Assembly: GCF_964031615.1 (NCBI RefSeq)
Contig: NZ_CAXIQN010000022.1
Coordinates: forward strand, 19,090 to 83,089
DNA length: 64,000 nucleotides
Direction: 5' to 3'
Origin: Duganella fentianensis
GTDB taxonomy: Bacteria > Pseudomonadota > Gammaproteobacteria > Burkholderiales > Burkholderiaceae_D
This document shows positions 1 to 9,332 of this stretch, one piece after another. Under the pieces are notes generated by a model. It worked only from the letters and a program-made list of their open reading frames with translations. It had not been told where the DNA came from and ran no database searches. The position numbers were made by a program, and so were the translations under genes. Each line of letters starts with the position of its first letter. Position 1 is the stretch's first letter.

Positions 1-604
1 CCGCGAATTCATCGAGCGCGATGGCTGGCGTCAGGCCATGCTGATCATCGCTTTCGTGCTGCTGTATAAAATCGGCGACAGCATGTCGACCGCGCTGTCC
101 ACCAAGTTCTTCCTCGATATCGGTTTTACTACCAAGCAGATCGGGCTGGCCGCCAACGCCACGGGCTGGTGGGCTGCGCTGGCCGGTGGTGCCGTGGGCG
201 GCATCTGGATGATTAAGCTGGGCATTAACCGTGCCCTGTGGGTGTTCGGCGTGCTGCAGGCGCTGGCCATCCTCGGCTTTGCCTGGCTGGCCAAGGTGGG
301 GCCGGATATGTGGCTGCTCAGTGCTGCTTTCGGCTTCGAGGCGTTTGCCAGTCTGGGACTGGGCGCGGCTGCACTGGTGGCCTTTATGTCGCGTGCTACC
401 GATCCGCGTTACACTGCCACCCAGTACGCATTATTTTCCAGTCTGGCTGCTGTGCCGCGTACGTTTATCAACTCTTCGGTAGGCTATATCGTGGCGCAGA
501 CGGGCTGGTTCTGGTTCTTTATTGTGTGCTTTATCATGGCCTTTCCTGCCATGATGATGTTGCCCAAAATCGCTCCATGGAACACTCGTGATGAAAAAGT
601 CTAA
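1..604 (+). CDS. ampG: AmpG-like muropeptide MFS transporter (5'-truncated by window edge)
   Basis: Frame open from position 2; multi-TM protein with LYKIGD..S and ATQYALFSSL motifs typical of AmpG. Confidence 0.85.
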   Translation, partial: REFIERDGWRQAMLIIAFVLLYKIGDSMSTALSTKFFLDIGFTTKQIGLAANATGWWAALAGGAVGGIWMIKLGINRALWVFGVLQALAILGFAWLAKVGPDMWLLSAAFGFEAFASLGLGAAALVAFMSRATDPRYTATQYALFSSLAAVPRTFINSSVGYIVAQTGWFWFFIVCFIMAFPAMMMLPKIAPWNTRDEKV

Positions 605-1484
605 ATCTCTGACAGCCACGCTGGCGCTGGCCAGCTTGTGCGCCAGCCTGTGCGTCGGCCTGCCGGCGGCGGCGCAGGATGATGGCATCCCCGTTACCCG
701 TATGTCGCGCCTGCGCGGCCTCGGTGGCGATGCGCGCCAGTTCGATCAGCAATCCAAGCTGCAGTACGACCAGATGCTGGCACAGGCGCACCAGAAGGAT
801 GCCGTGGCCACCGAGCGCAATCCGCAACTGATCCGCCTGCGCGCCATTGCCCAGCGCCTGATTCCGTTCACCACGCGCTGGAATCCCGATTCCGCCAACT
901 GGAAGTGGGAAGTCAATCTGCTCAATTCGCCCACCGTGAATGCGTTCTGCATGCCCGGTGGTCGTATCGCTTTCTACAACGGCATTCTGACCAAGCTGAA
1001 TCTGACCGATGATGAAGTGGCGATGGTGATGGGACATGAGATCGCCCATGCGCTGCGCGAACATGCGCGCGAACAGGCGGGCAAGAATGCCATCACGTCG
1101 GTTGGTGCGCGCATATTCGGTGCCATCGGTTCGGCCTATTTCGGGGTCGATCCGCGCTTGGGTGATGCGGCTGCTGGTGCCGTGGCCCAGGGCGCGGCGC
1201 TGAGCTTCTCGCGCGATGATGAAAGCGAAGCCGATCTGGTCGGCCTCGATCTGGCCGCCCGTGCCGGCTTCGATCCCCGTGCCGGTATCGCCCTGTGGCA
1301 GAAGATGGGTGCCGTGAACAAGAGCCAGCCTTTGCCTTTCCTGTCGACCCACCCAAGTGGCAGCAAGCGTATCGACGACATGGACAAGAATATGTATCTG
1401 GTGCTGCCGGTGTTCGCTCGTGCACGTGGTCTGGATCCGAATAATCTGCCGCCTTACCGCTCGCTGGCGCTGCCTAAATCCTGA
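591..1484 (+). CDS. M48 family zinc metallopeptidase, exported
   Basis: Signal peptide; VNAFCMPGG, GHEIAH (HExxH), E.EAD and FLSTHP motifs. Confidence 0.9.
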   Translation: MKKSKSLTATLALASLCASLCVGLPAAAQDDGIPVTRMSRLRGLGGDARQFDQQSKLQYDQMLAQAHQKDAVATERNPQLIRLRAIAQRLIPFTTRWNPDSANWKWEVNLLNSPTVNAFCMPGGRIAFYNGILTKLNLTDDEVAMVMGHEIAHALREHAREQAGKNAITSVGARIFGAIGSAYFGVDPRLGDAAAGAVAQGAALSFSRDDESEADLVGLDLAARAGFDPRAGIALWQKMGAVNKSQPLPFLSTHPSGSKRIDDMDKNMYLVLPVFARARGLDPNNLPPYRSLALPKS

Positions 1485-2371
1485 TGGCTGCAGCCCCACT
1501 GCCCATGCGCGACGGCGTCGCGCCCAGCTATCTATGGCTGCCGGAAGGGCAGTGGCCAGACTTGCTGACCTTTCTGCTGGCGCGTTTTCCCGATGTGGCC
1601 GAAGCCAGCTGGCGCGACCGCATGGCGCGTGGTGAAGTGGTCGATGGCGAAGGCAGGGTACTGGCGCCGGACAGCGCGTTCCGGCGTGGCATGCGGATTT
1701 TCTACTACCGCGAGCTGGCAGCGGAAACGCCGATACCGTTCAAGGAAGAAGTGCTGTTCATGGACCCGCATCTGCTGGTGGTGGACAAGCCGCACTTCCT
1801 GCCCATGATACCGTCCGGCCGCTTTCTGCACGAGACGCTGCTGGTGCGGCTGAAAAAGCAGTTCAATGAAGAGGAACTCACGCCTATCCACCGGCTCGAC
1901 CGCGAAACAGCCGGGGTGGTGATCTTCTCGCGCCGGCAGGAAAGCCGTGGCGCCTATCAGTCGCTATTCCAGCAGCGCGTGATCGAGAAGGAGTACGAGG
2001 CGCTGGCAGCCCATCTGCATGGGCGCAGCTTCCCCTTTACCTACCGCAGCCGCATGGTGGAAGGCGATAAATTCTTCACGATGAAACAAGTCGAGGGTGA
2101 GCCAAATTCGGAGACGGTGATCGATGTGATCGAACAGCGTGCCGACTGCACGCTGTATCGTTTGCTGCCGCACACGGGGCGCCAGCACCAGTTGCGCGTG
2201 CATCTGGCGGCGCTGGGCATCCCGATTATCAATGATGCGTTCTATCCCGTTGCGCTCCCGTGCAAGCAGGACGATGTGTCGGCGCCCCTGAAACTGCTGG
2301 CGCGCCGCATCGCTTTCGATGATCCGCTGACGGGCCAGCGGCGCGAGTTTTTCAGCCGCCGCGCCTTGTGA
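1484..2371 (+). CDS. RluA family pseudouridine synthase
   Basis: VVDKPHFLP, HRLDRETAG, TGRQHQLRVH motifs; TGATG overlap with upstream gene. Confidence 0.9.
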   Translation: MAAAPLPMRDGVAPSYLWLPEGQWPDLLTFLLARFPDVAEASWRDRMARGEVVDGEGRVLAPDSAFRRGMRIFYYRELAAETPIPFKEEVLFMDPHLLVVDKPHFLPMIPSGRFLHETLLVRLKKQFNEEELTPIHRLDRETAGVVIFSRRQESRGAYQSLFQQRVIEKEYEALAAHLHGRSFPFTYRSRMVEGDKFFTMKQVEGEPNSETVIDVIEQRADCTLYRLLPHTGRQHQLRVHLAALGIPIINDAFYPVALPCKQDDVSAPLKLLARRIAFDDPLTGQRREFFSRRAL

Positions 2372-2405
2372 GGCGGCACGGCGGTGCGGCGACCAAGCCG
2401 GGCCT

Positions 2406-3173
2406 TCAGGCGTAGGTGATGGTCAGCGGCGCGTGGTCGGAGAAGCGCTGCTCTTTGTAGATGGCGACCGTGGTGGCGGTAGCGGCGATGCCGGGCGTGG
2501 CCACCTGATAGTCGATACGCCAGCCTACGTTTTTGGCCCAGGCCTGACCGCGGTTACTCCACCACGTGTACTGTTCTTCGCGCGGGTCCAGACCGCGGTG
2601 CACGTCGACAAAGCCCACCTCGTCGAAGATGCGCGTCATCCAGGCACGTTCCTCCGGCAGGAAGCCGGAATTCTTCTTGTTGCCCTTCCAGTTCTTCAGG
2701 TCGATCTCTTTGTGGGCGATGTTCCAGTCGCCGCAGATCACCACTTCGCGGCCTTCTGCGTGCAGCGTTTGCAGGTGGGGCAGGAACAGATCCATGAAGC
2801 GGAACTTGGCTTCCTGCCGCTCCGGACCCGAGGAGCCGGATGGGCAGTAGACCGAGATCACCGTCAGATTGCCGAAATCGCAACGCACGTAGCGGCCTTC
2901 GGCATCGAACTCCGGTGCGCCGAAACCGATCACCACGCGGTCCGGTGCTACCTTGCTGTACACGCCCGTACCGGAATAGCCTTTTTTCTCGGCATAGTGG
3001 AAGTGGCCGTGATAGCCCTGCGGATTGAGGAACTCCGGCTGCATGTCAGGCGCTTGCGCCTTGAGTTCCTGTACGCAGACGAAATCGGCGTCCTGTTCGG
3101 CCATCCAGGTGAAAAAGCCTTTGCTGGCGGCGGAGCGGATGCCATTCAGATTGGCAGAGATAATTTTCGGCAT
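2406..3173 (-). CDS. xth: Exodeoxyribonuclease III / AP endonuclease
   Basis: SANLNGIR, VQELK, GDWNIAH, GWRIDY, FSDHAP; catalytic residues intact; start placed at MPKIIS. Confidence 0.9.
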   Translation of the reverse strand: MPKIISANLNGIRSAASKGFFTWMAEQDADFVCVQELKAQAPDMQPEFLNPQGYHGHFHYAEKKGYSGTGVYSKVAPDRVVIGFGAPEFDAEGRYVRCDFGNLTVISVYCPSGSSGPERQEAKFRFMDLFLPHLQTLHAEGREVVICGDWNIAHKEIDLKNWKGNKKNSGFLPEERAWMTRIFDEVGFVDVHRGLDPREEQYTWWSNRGQAWAKNVGWRIDYQVATPGIAATATTVAIYKEQRFSDHAPLTITYA

Positions 3174-3280
3174 AGTCAGTTCAGTGCAGTGAGACGCGCA
3201 TAAATGCGACATTTTTTCGGAATGCGATAGTGTAGCGTTAAAATACGGGCATCATCACAATTAGGCAGAAATGAGGCAGC

Positions 3281-3946
3281 ATGAATAACTTACGTCAGGA
3301 CTTTATCGCGTTCTCCGTCAAAACCGGCGTTCTGCGCTTCGGCGAATTCACCACCAAGGCCGGCCGCCAGTCGCCTTACTTCTTCAACGCGGGCCTGTTC
3401 CATGACGGCGCCACGCTGGCCCAGCTGGCGCAGTTCTACGCCCAGACGCTGCTCGATTCGGGCGTGGAATTCGATATGCTGTTCGGCCCTGCCTACAAAG
3501 GCATTACGCTGGCTTCGGCCACCGCTGTGGCGCTGGCAGGCAAAGGCCGTAATACTTCCTTCGCGTTTAACCGCAAGGAAGCCAAGGACCACGGCGAAGG
3601 CGGTACCATCGTCGGCGCTAAGCTGCAGGGTAAAGTGGTGATCATCGACGACGTGATTTCGGCCGGTACTTCGGTGCGCGAGTCGGTCGACATGATCCGC
3701 GCTGCCGGCGCCGAACCATGCGCCGTACTGATTGCGCTGGACCGTATGGAACGTTCGGGCAAGGATGGCGAGCTGTCGCCTAATTCGGCAGTGCAGGAAG
3801 TGGCCAATACCTACAACATTCCCGTGATTTCGATCGGTAATCTGGATGACCTGTTCAGCTATCTGAATGGCGCTGGCGCTGATCCGCAACTGCTGCAATA
3901 CAAGGATGCGGTGGCAGCCTACCGTACCCGCTACGGCGTCGCCTGA
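3281..3946 (+). CDS. pyrE: Orotate phosphoribosyltransferase
   Basis: FGEFTTKAGRQSPYFFN, FNRKEAKDHGEGG, IIDDVISAGTS. Confidence 0.97.
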   Translation: MNNLRQDFIAFSVKTGVLRFGEFTTKAGRQSPYFFNAGLFHDGATLAQLAQFYAQTLLDSGVEFDMLFGPAYKGITLASATAVALAGKGRNTSFAFNRKEAKDHGEGGTIVGAKLQGKVVIIDDVISAGTSVRESVDMIRAAGAEPCAVLIALDRMERSGKDGELSPNSAVQEVANTYNIPVISIGNLDDLFSYLNGAGADPQLLQYKDAVAAYRTRYGVA

Positions 3947-3958
3947 GCCGCGCCCGCC

Positions 3959-4816
3959 ATGATGCGTTTTTCCGAAGACCGGCTAGCCAGTTTCCGTTGC
4001 GCGCAGGGTGAGCGCCGTATCCATATCTGGGAGCCGGAAGATTCGGCGCCGCGCGCGGTGATACTGGCCATACACGGCGGCATGGCGCATGGCGGTGACT
4101 ATGTCACGCCAGCGCTGTACTTCCGCCAGCATGGCATTGCTACCGTGGCCTATGATTTGTGCGGCCATCAGGATGCGCGCCGCGTGGATATCCCCGGCTT
4201 TCACGTCTTCCTCGACGATAGTGTGCAGTTCCTGCAGTGGGTGAAGCAGAGCTATCCCGCTGTGCCGATCTATGTGATGGGCCATTCGATGGGGGCGCTG
4301 ATTGCGACCCATCTGGGGCTGGGCCACTTCGCTGGCGATGCTGCTATCAAGGGCTTTATTCTGTCGTCGCCGTACTACGTGAATGCCATCAAGGTGTCGC
4401 CGGTGCTGCTGGCGCTGTCCGGTGTGCTGGGCGCGCTGGTACCACGCATGAAAGTGCCGCTGGCATCGCTGACCGATATGCTCACGCATGACAGCACGAT
4501 CACGGCACGCCATCATGCCGATGAACGCGATGGCATCCGCGCGACGGAAATCACGGTGCGCTTCGGGAATGCGCTGACCCACGCCCAGCAAGGGCTGGCA
4601 GCACGGATGCCGGCATGGTCGCACCGGCTGTTTGCCGTTGTCGCTGGCGCTGATCAACTGGCCGATGCCGACGCGGGCGAGGCCATGCTGAAGCTGGTGC
4701 CGCCAGCGCTGCTGACCTATCAGCGCTATCCCGAGAATTTCCACGAGAACTTCAACGAACTCAATCGCGAGCAGATCTTCGCCGATATTCTGCAGTGGAT
4801 GGCGCTGCCTGCCTGA
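3959..4816 (+). CDS. Alpha/beta hydrolase (lysophospholipase/monoglyceride lipase-like)
   Basis: IHGG, YDLCGH, GHSMG nucleophile elbow, C-terminal FHENFNE. Confidence 0.85.
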   Translation: MMRFSEDRLASFRCAQGERRIHIWEPEDSAPRAVILAIHGGMAHGGDYVTPALYFRQHGIATVAYDLCGHQDARRVDIPGFHVFLDDSVQFLQWVKQSYPAVPIYVMGHSMGALIATHLGLGHFAGDAAIKGFILSSPYYVNAIKVSPVLLALSGVLGALVPRMKVPLASLTDMLTHDSTITARHHADERDGIRATEITVRFGNALTHAQQGLAARMPAWSHRLFAVVAGADQLADADAGEAMLKLVPPALLTYQRYPENFHENFNELNREQIFADILQWMALPA

Positions 4817-4965
4817 TTTAAAGCGTCAGGTGACACATGCATGCTGAGCGAGCAAGAACAGCAAGCAGATCAGACTGGTAGGCAGGCACGCATGCAGACG
4901 AGTCAGTCAGTAGGCGAGTTGGAGGGCAGTGGTAGGCGGGGCGGGTATTCTCTTTCTTTAATTTT

Positions 4966-5101
4966 GTCTATTTCGGTCTAAAACGGGCGGTTCCGGTCTA
5001 AATCAGTCCAGAAGTAGTAGAGTTTCCGAGATTTGAGACTAAAATCGCGCTTTATTACATTTCTTTAGACCTTTTTAGACTCTTCTCGGAAATTTTTAGA
5101 C
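4966..5101. repeat. Phased GTCTA/TAGAC array, left cluster
   Basis: GTCTA at 4966, 4976, 4996 (variants GTCCA 5006, GACTA 5037); inverted TAGAC at 5066, 5076, 5097; spacings 10/20/21/31. Confidence 0.9.
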
Positions 5102-5575
5102 TGTTCCCGCTAGCGCCTCCTTAGTCATCAAGCGCTGTTGCTGGTTTAGTTCGAGGCGTGAGCGGTATTGATCGGCGCGGACCCAGTAGTCATCGCCAGG
5201 CAGTCGCAGCCATACAAAGCGCCATGCATTGCGTGCGCTGGCTTGCCGGTTGGTGAACTGGGATGGCGTCAGCGATTGTCCATCTTCGGCAATGATTTGC
5301 TCGCCGACTACGATGGCAAATTCCACCTTATTGCGATGGCTAGTACGCAGCTGGGTGCCGGCAGGCAGAAAGACATTTTTCCACTGAAATCCATGCAGCG
5401 CTTGCCCGTTCTTACGGGCAACAAGCCGTTCCTTATCCAGTGTCAGCCAGCGATGCAGCAGTTCCTGAATAAAAGCCTCCGGCTGGATGTCAGGCCGCGT
5501 TACCAGCAGATGCAGTTCGAGATCGAGATAGATATCGTAAGGCAGATAGATAGCCTGTTTCGCCACATAAGTCAT
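5096..5575 (-). CDS. Hypothetical protein, putative RHH-like N-terminus plus RAMA/DUF4357-like C-terminus
   Basis: GGAGG 8 nt before ATG; 159 aa; GFQWKNVFLPAGTQLR and TPSQF...RNAW motifs; domain call is inference. Confidence 0.75.
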   Translation of the reverse strand: MTYVAKQAIYLPYDIYLDLELHLLVTRPDIQPEAFIQELLHRWLTLDKERLVARKNGQALHGFQWKNVFLPAGTQLRTSHRNKVEFAIVVGEQIIAEDGQSLTPSQFTNRQASARNAWRFVWLRLPGDDYWVRADQYRSRLELNQQQRLMTKEALAGTV

Positions 5576-5596
5576 ATCCCTGTCCTCCCGGTAAGT

Positions 5597-5733
5597 GTCT
5601 AAAAGTTGGACAGACGAATCAAAAACTAGTTCGTTTTAGACTTTTTGAGGAAATTTCTAGACCGATTTAGACCGCAACTTCCCAGTTCTAGATCGGATTA
5701 GACTCAAACAGACCTAATTAGACTGAATTAGAC
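5597..5733. repeat. Phased TAGAC array, right cluster (upstream of the 159-aa gene)
   Basis: GTCTA 5597; TAGAC 5637, 5658, 5668, 5699, 5719, 5729; variants CAGAC 5611 and 5709, TAGAT 5689; spacings 10 or 21 from 5637 on. Confidence 0.92.
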
Positions 5734-5789
5734 TGTAGTTTTGTTTGGCAATCCCGGCACAGGTGGTCTTGCCTCATGCGGCTAGCGTA

Positions 5790-5909
5790 TCAGGTGCTGA
5801 TGGCGCTGGTGAAGGTAAGCCGGTTGCCGAACGGATCATGTACCGTCATATCGCGTGTACCCCACGGCATATCCTGCAATTCTGACTGGACGTGCGGGTA
5901 GTATGGACG
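5790..5909 (-). pseudogene. C-terminal remnant of a glyoxalase/bleomycin-resistance (VOC) gene
   Basis: Translates RPYYPHVQSELQDMPWGTRDMTVHDPFGNRLTFTSAIST*; PWG..DPFGNRL is the VOC C-terminal motif; no start codon, runs into gatB terminator. Confidence 0.75.
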
Positions 5910-5946
5910 AAAAAAAGGGACGCCATATGTGCGGCGTCCCTGATTT
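5910..5946 (-). terminator. Intrinsic terminator of gatCAB
   Basis: GGGACGCC/GGCGTCCC stem (5917-5940) followed by U7 on minus strand. Confidence 0.85.
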
Positions 5947-5981
5947 TGCCCTATCGGGTCTGGCGCTTGCTGTGTACCAGC

Positions 5982-7442
5982 TTAGCCGGCCAGCTTGGCT
6001 TTCAGCAGTTCCGTTAGCTGGGCCGGATTGGCTTTGCCGCGCGAAGCTTTCATGGCCTGACCGATCAGCGCATTGATGGCCGCTTCCTTGCCGGCGCGGT
6101 ACTGCTCGACCGATTTCGCATTGTTGGCGATCACCTCGTTGACGATGGCTTCCAGCGCGCCCGTGTCGGAGATCTGTTTCAGACCTTTCGACTCGATCAG
6201 CTCATCGACCAGATTGTCGTTGGCCGATTTGGCCGCCCACATATCGCCGAACAGTTCCTTGGCGGTCTTGTTGTTGATGGTGCCGTCAGCGATACGCTTG
6301 ATCATCAGAGCCAGCTGGGCTGGCGAGACGGGTGCGTCCGCGATATCCACGCCTTCGCGGTTCAGGGTGGACGACACATCGCCCATCAGCCAGTTAGCGG
6401 CAGCTTTAGCGTTTTCCTTGCCGGCGCTTTCCACTACGGCGACGAAGTAGGTCGCCATGGCTTTGGAGGCCGTCAGGATCAGCGCATCGTATTCCGGCAG
6501 CGCGTATTCGCTGATGAAGCGGGCGCGCATAGCCGCTGGCAGTTCCGGCATCGAAGCTTTGACTTGCTCGATCCACGCATCGGAAATAATCAGCGGTGGC
6601 AGGTCCGGGTCAGGGAAGTAGCGGTAATCCTGCGCGTCTTCCTTGCTGCGCATTTCGCGGGTTTCCTTGCGATCCGGATCGTACAGACGGGTCGCCTGCA
6701 CCACCTTGCCGCCGTCTTCGATCAGCTCGATCTGGCGCCGCACTTCCACGTGCACGGCTTCCTCGATGAAGCGGAACGAGTTCAGGTTCTTGATCTCGCA
6801 GCGGGTGCCGAATTCCTTCTGGCCCTTCGGACGCACGGACACGTTGACGTCGCAGCGGAACGAACCTTCCTGCATATTGCCGTCGCAAACGCCCAGCCAC
6901 ATCACCAGCGAGTGCAGTGCCTTGGCGTAGGCCACGGCTTCCGCTGCGCTGCGGATTTCCGGTTCCGAGACGATTTCCAGCAGCGGCGTACCGGCGCGGT
7001 TCAGGTCGATGCCGCTCATGCCGGCGTAGTCTTCATGCAGCGATTTGCCGGCGTCTTCTTCCAGGTGGGCGCGGGTCAGGTTGACGGTCTTGGTGACGAA
7101 TTCGCCATCCTTCTCGTAGCCGAAGGTCAGCGCGCCGCCGATCACCACAGGGTCTTCGAACTGGCTGATCTGGTAGCCCTTAGGCAGGTCCGGATAGAAG
7201 TAGTTCTTACGGGCGAACACCGATTGCGGCGCCACCTTGGCGCCCACGGCCAGACCGAAGCGGATCGCACGATCCACCGCCTGCTTGTTCATCACCGGCA
7301 GAACGCCGGGCAGAGCCAGATCCACCGGGCTGGCCTGGGTGTTGGCTTCGGCGCCGAACTTGATCGGCGAACCGCTGAAAATTTTAGATTCGGTCGTGAG
7401 CTGCACGTGGTTCTCAAGACCGATGACGACTTCCCATTCCAT
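5982..7442 (-). CDS. gatB: Asp/Glu-tRNA amidotransferase subunit B
   Basis: [37 protein letters not shown]. Confidence 0.98.
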   Translation of the reverse strand: MEWEVVIGLENHVQLTTESKIFSGSPIKFGAEANTQASPVDLALPGVLPVMNKQAVDRAIRFGLAVGAKVAPQSVFARKNYFYPDLPKGYQISQFEDPVVIGGALTFGYEKDGEFVTKTVNLTRAHLEEDAGKSLHEDYAGMSGIDLNRAGTPLLEIVSEPEIRSAAEAVAYAKALHSLVMWLGVCDGNMQEGSFRCDVNVSVRPKGQKEFGTRCEIKNLNSFRFIEEAVHVEVRRQIELIEDGGKVVQATRLYDPDRKETREMRSKEDAQDYRYFPDPDLPPLIISDAWIEQVKASMPELPAAMRARFISEYALPEYDALILTASKAMATYFVAVVESAGKENAKAAANWLMGDVSSTLNREGVDIADAPVSPAQLALMIKRIADGTINNKTAKELFGDMWAAKSANDNLVDELIESKGLKQISDTGALEAIVNEVIANNAKSVEQYRAGKEAAINALIGQAMKASRGKANPAQLTELLKAKLAG

Positions 7443-7475
7443 ATTCTTCTCGCTGTATTGTGTGTCGTTGTTTGC

Positions 7476-8960
7476 TTAGATGCCGGCTGGCGCGCGCTTG
7501 TGCCAGTCAGTCGCCAGCTGGTACTGGTGGGCGACGTTGAGCAGCTTGGCTTCGCCAAAGTGTTTGCCGATGATCTGCAGACCCACGGGACGGTTGGCGT
7601 TTTTCTCGCCCTGACCGAAACCGCAAGGGATGGACATGCCGGGCAGACCGGCCAGACTGGTCGACAGGGTGAAGATGTCGGCCAGATAGGCGGCCACCGG
7701 ATCATCCGATTTGTCGCCCAGATCCCATGCCACGGTCGGTGCCACTGGTCCCATGATGACGTCGCACACGGCGTTCGGGCCATTCAGCACGGCTTCGAAA
7801 TCCTGCGCGATCAGGCGGCGGATTTTCTGTGCTTTCAGGTAGTAGGCATCGTAGTAGCCGTGGCACAGCACATAGGTGCCCACCATGATGCGGCGCTTGA
7901 CTTCGGCACCGAAACCTTCGGCGCGGGTCTTGCGGTACATATCGGCCAGATCCTTGTAGTCGGCTGCGCGGTGGCCGTAGCGCACACCGTCGAAACGCGA
8001 CAGATTGGACGACGCTTCGGCCGGTGCAATCATGTAGTAGGCCGGAATCGACAGCGCCGTATTCGGCAGCGAAATGTCGACCAGCGTGGCGCCCAGCTTT
8101 TCGTACTGTGCCAGTGCGGCGCGCACGGCCTGTTCCACGTCAGCAGCCAGACCTGCGCCGAAGTATTCTTTCGGTACGCCGATGCGCAGGCCCGTCAGCG
8201 GCTGGCCCAGTTCACGCGTAAAGTCTTCGTCCACGCCGCCCAGTTCCGGCGCCAGCGAAGTCGAATCACGTTCGTCGAAGCCGGCCATGGCGTTCAGCAG
8301 CAGCGCACAGTCTTCTGCCGTCTGTGCCATCGGGCCGCCCTGATCGAGCGAGGAAGCAAACGCGATCATGCCGAAGCGCGATACGCGGCCATAGGTCGGC
8401 TTGATACCGGTGATGCCGCAGAACGCAGCCGGCTGGCGGATCGAACCGCCCGTGTCGGTGCCCGTCACGGCCGGTGCCAGACGGGCTGCCACGGCCGCGG
8501 CCGAACCGCCCGAGGAGCCGCCCGGTACGGCGTTCTTGTCCCACGGGTTTTTTACGGCGCCGAAGGCCGAGTTTTCATTGGCCGAGCCCATGGCGAATTC
8601 GTCGCAATTGAGCTTGCCCAGCGTGACCATGCCGGCCGCGCGGAATTTTTCCACCACGGTGGCGTCGAACGGGCTCACATAGTTGGCCAGCATCTTCGAG
8701 CCGGCCGTGGAGCGCCAGTCGCGCGTGACGAAAATATCCTTGTGGGCGATCGGCACACCGGTCAGCGGGGTGGCGGTGCCGTTGGCGATGCGGGCATCGG
8801 CTTCGGCGGCCTGCGCCAGCGTCAGGGCGCGGTCCACGTGCAGGAAGGCGTTCAGATCGCTCTGTTCGATACGGTCTAAGAACTGGGTGGCCAGTTCGGT
8901 GGCGGTGATGGCTTTGCTTTGCAGCAGAGCGGATAACTCTTTAACGGTTTTGGTATGCAT
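7476..8960 (-). CDS. gatA: Asp/Glu-tRNA amidotransferase subunit A
   Basis: Amidase signature [22 protein letters not shown]; start placed at MHTKTV. Confidence 0.97.
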   Translation of the reverse strand: MHTKTVKELSALLQSKAITATELATQFLDRIEQSDLNAFLHVDRALTLAQAAEADARIANGTATPLTGVPIAHKDIFVTRDWRSTAGSKMLANYVSPFDATVVEKFRAAGMVTLGKLNCDEFAMGSANENSAFGAVKNPWDKNAVPGGSSGGSAAAVAARLAPAVTGTDTGGSIRQPAAFCGITGIKPTYGRVSRFGMIAFASSLDQGGPMAQTAEDCALLLNAMAGFDERDSTSLAPELGGVDEDFTRELGQPLTGLRIGVPKEYFGAGLAADVEQAVRAALAQYEKLGATLVDISLPNTALSIPAYYMIAPAEASSNLSRFDGVRYGHRAADYKDLADMYRKTRAEGFGAEVKRRIMVGTYVLCHGYYDAYYLKAQKIRRLIAQDFEAVLNGPNAVCDVIMGPVAPTVAWDLGDKSDDPVAAYLADIFTLSTSLAGLPGMSIPCGFGQGEKNANRPVGLQIIGKHFGEAKLLNVAHQYQLATDWHKRAPAGI

Positions 8961-9029
8961 GTCGATTTCTAACGTTGATCGGTGTGTACAGAGTGGCGAG
9001 TAGCGCGCGGCCAAGGTGGCCGCACCCAC

Positions 9030-9332
9030 TTACTCGATCACTTTCGGCACCAGATACAGGCCATCCTGGGTTTTCGGTGCCACCACCTGATAGTCGTCGC
9101 GGCGATTCGGCTCGCTGGCCACGTCTTCGCGCAGGCGCAGGGCGATGTTATTCATGTGCGCGGCCAGCGGGTGGCTGAGCGGTGCGACGCCGTCGGTGTC
9201 GACCGCCTGCATCTGCTCGGCCAGCGCGAAAATGCCATTGAGTTGTTCCAGCGCGGTGGCGGATTGCGCCTCGTTCATTTCAAGCTGGGCCAGTTTGGCA
9301 ATGCGGGTTACGTCGGATAAGGTCAGAGACAT
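9030..9332 (-). CDS. gatC: Asp/Glu-tRNA amidotransferase subunit C
   Basis: IAKLAQL..., LRED, LVPKVIE; position before gatA. Confidence 0.95.
   Translation of the reverse strand: MSLTLSDVTRIAKLAQLEMNEAQSATALEQLNGIFALAEQMQAVDTDGVAPLSHPLAAHMNNIALRLREDVASEPNRRDDYQVVAPKTQDGLYLVPKVIE

Noticed and set aside
4841-4981. 46-codon ORF MLSEQEQQ... left of the array
   Set aside because: No RBS, low-complexity, runs into the array; likely spurious.
5074-5101. 28-bp repeat as a Xer dif site
   Set aside because: Length fits, but there is no resemblance to the XerC/XerD arms.
4966-5733. TAGAC arrays as CRISPR or plasmid iterons
   Set aside because: Unit is 5-7 bp with 3-16 bp gaps, no 25-40-nt repeats or unique spacers, and no cas or rep gene.
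6564-8879. 771-aa antisense ORF over gatB/gatA (likewise 11345-14566, 27785-29692, 38722-42240, 54419-56443)
   Set aside because: Shadow ORFs from GC-rich codon bias opposite well-supported genes; no motifs.
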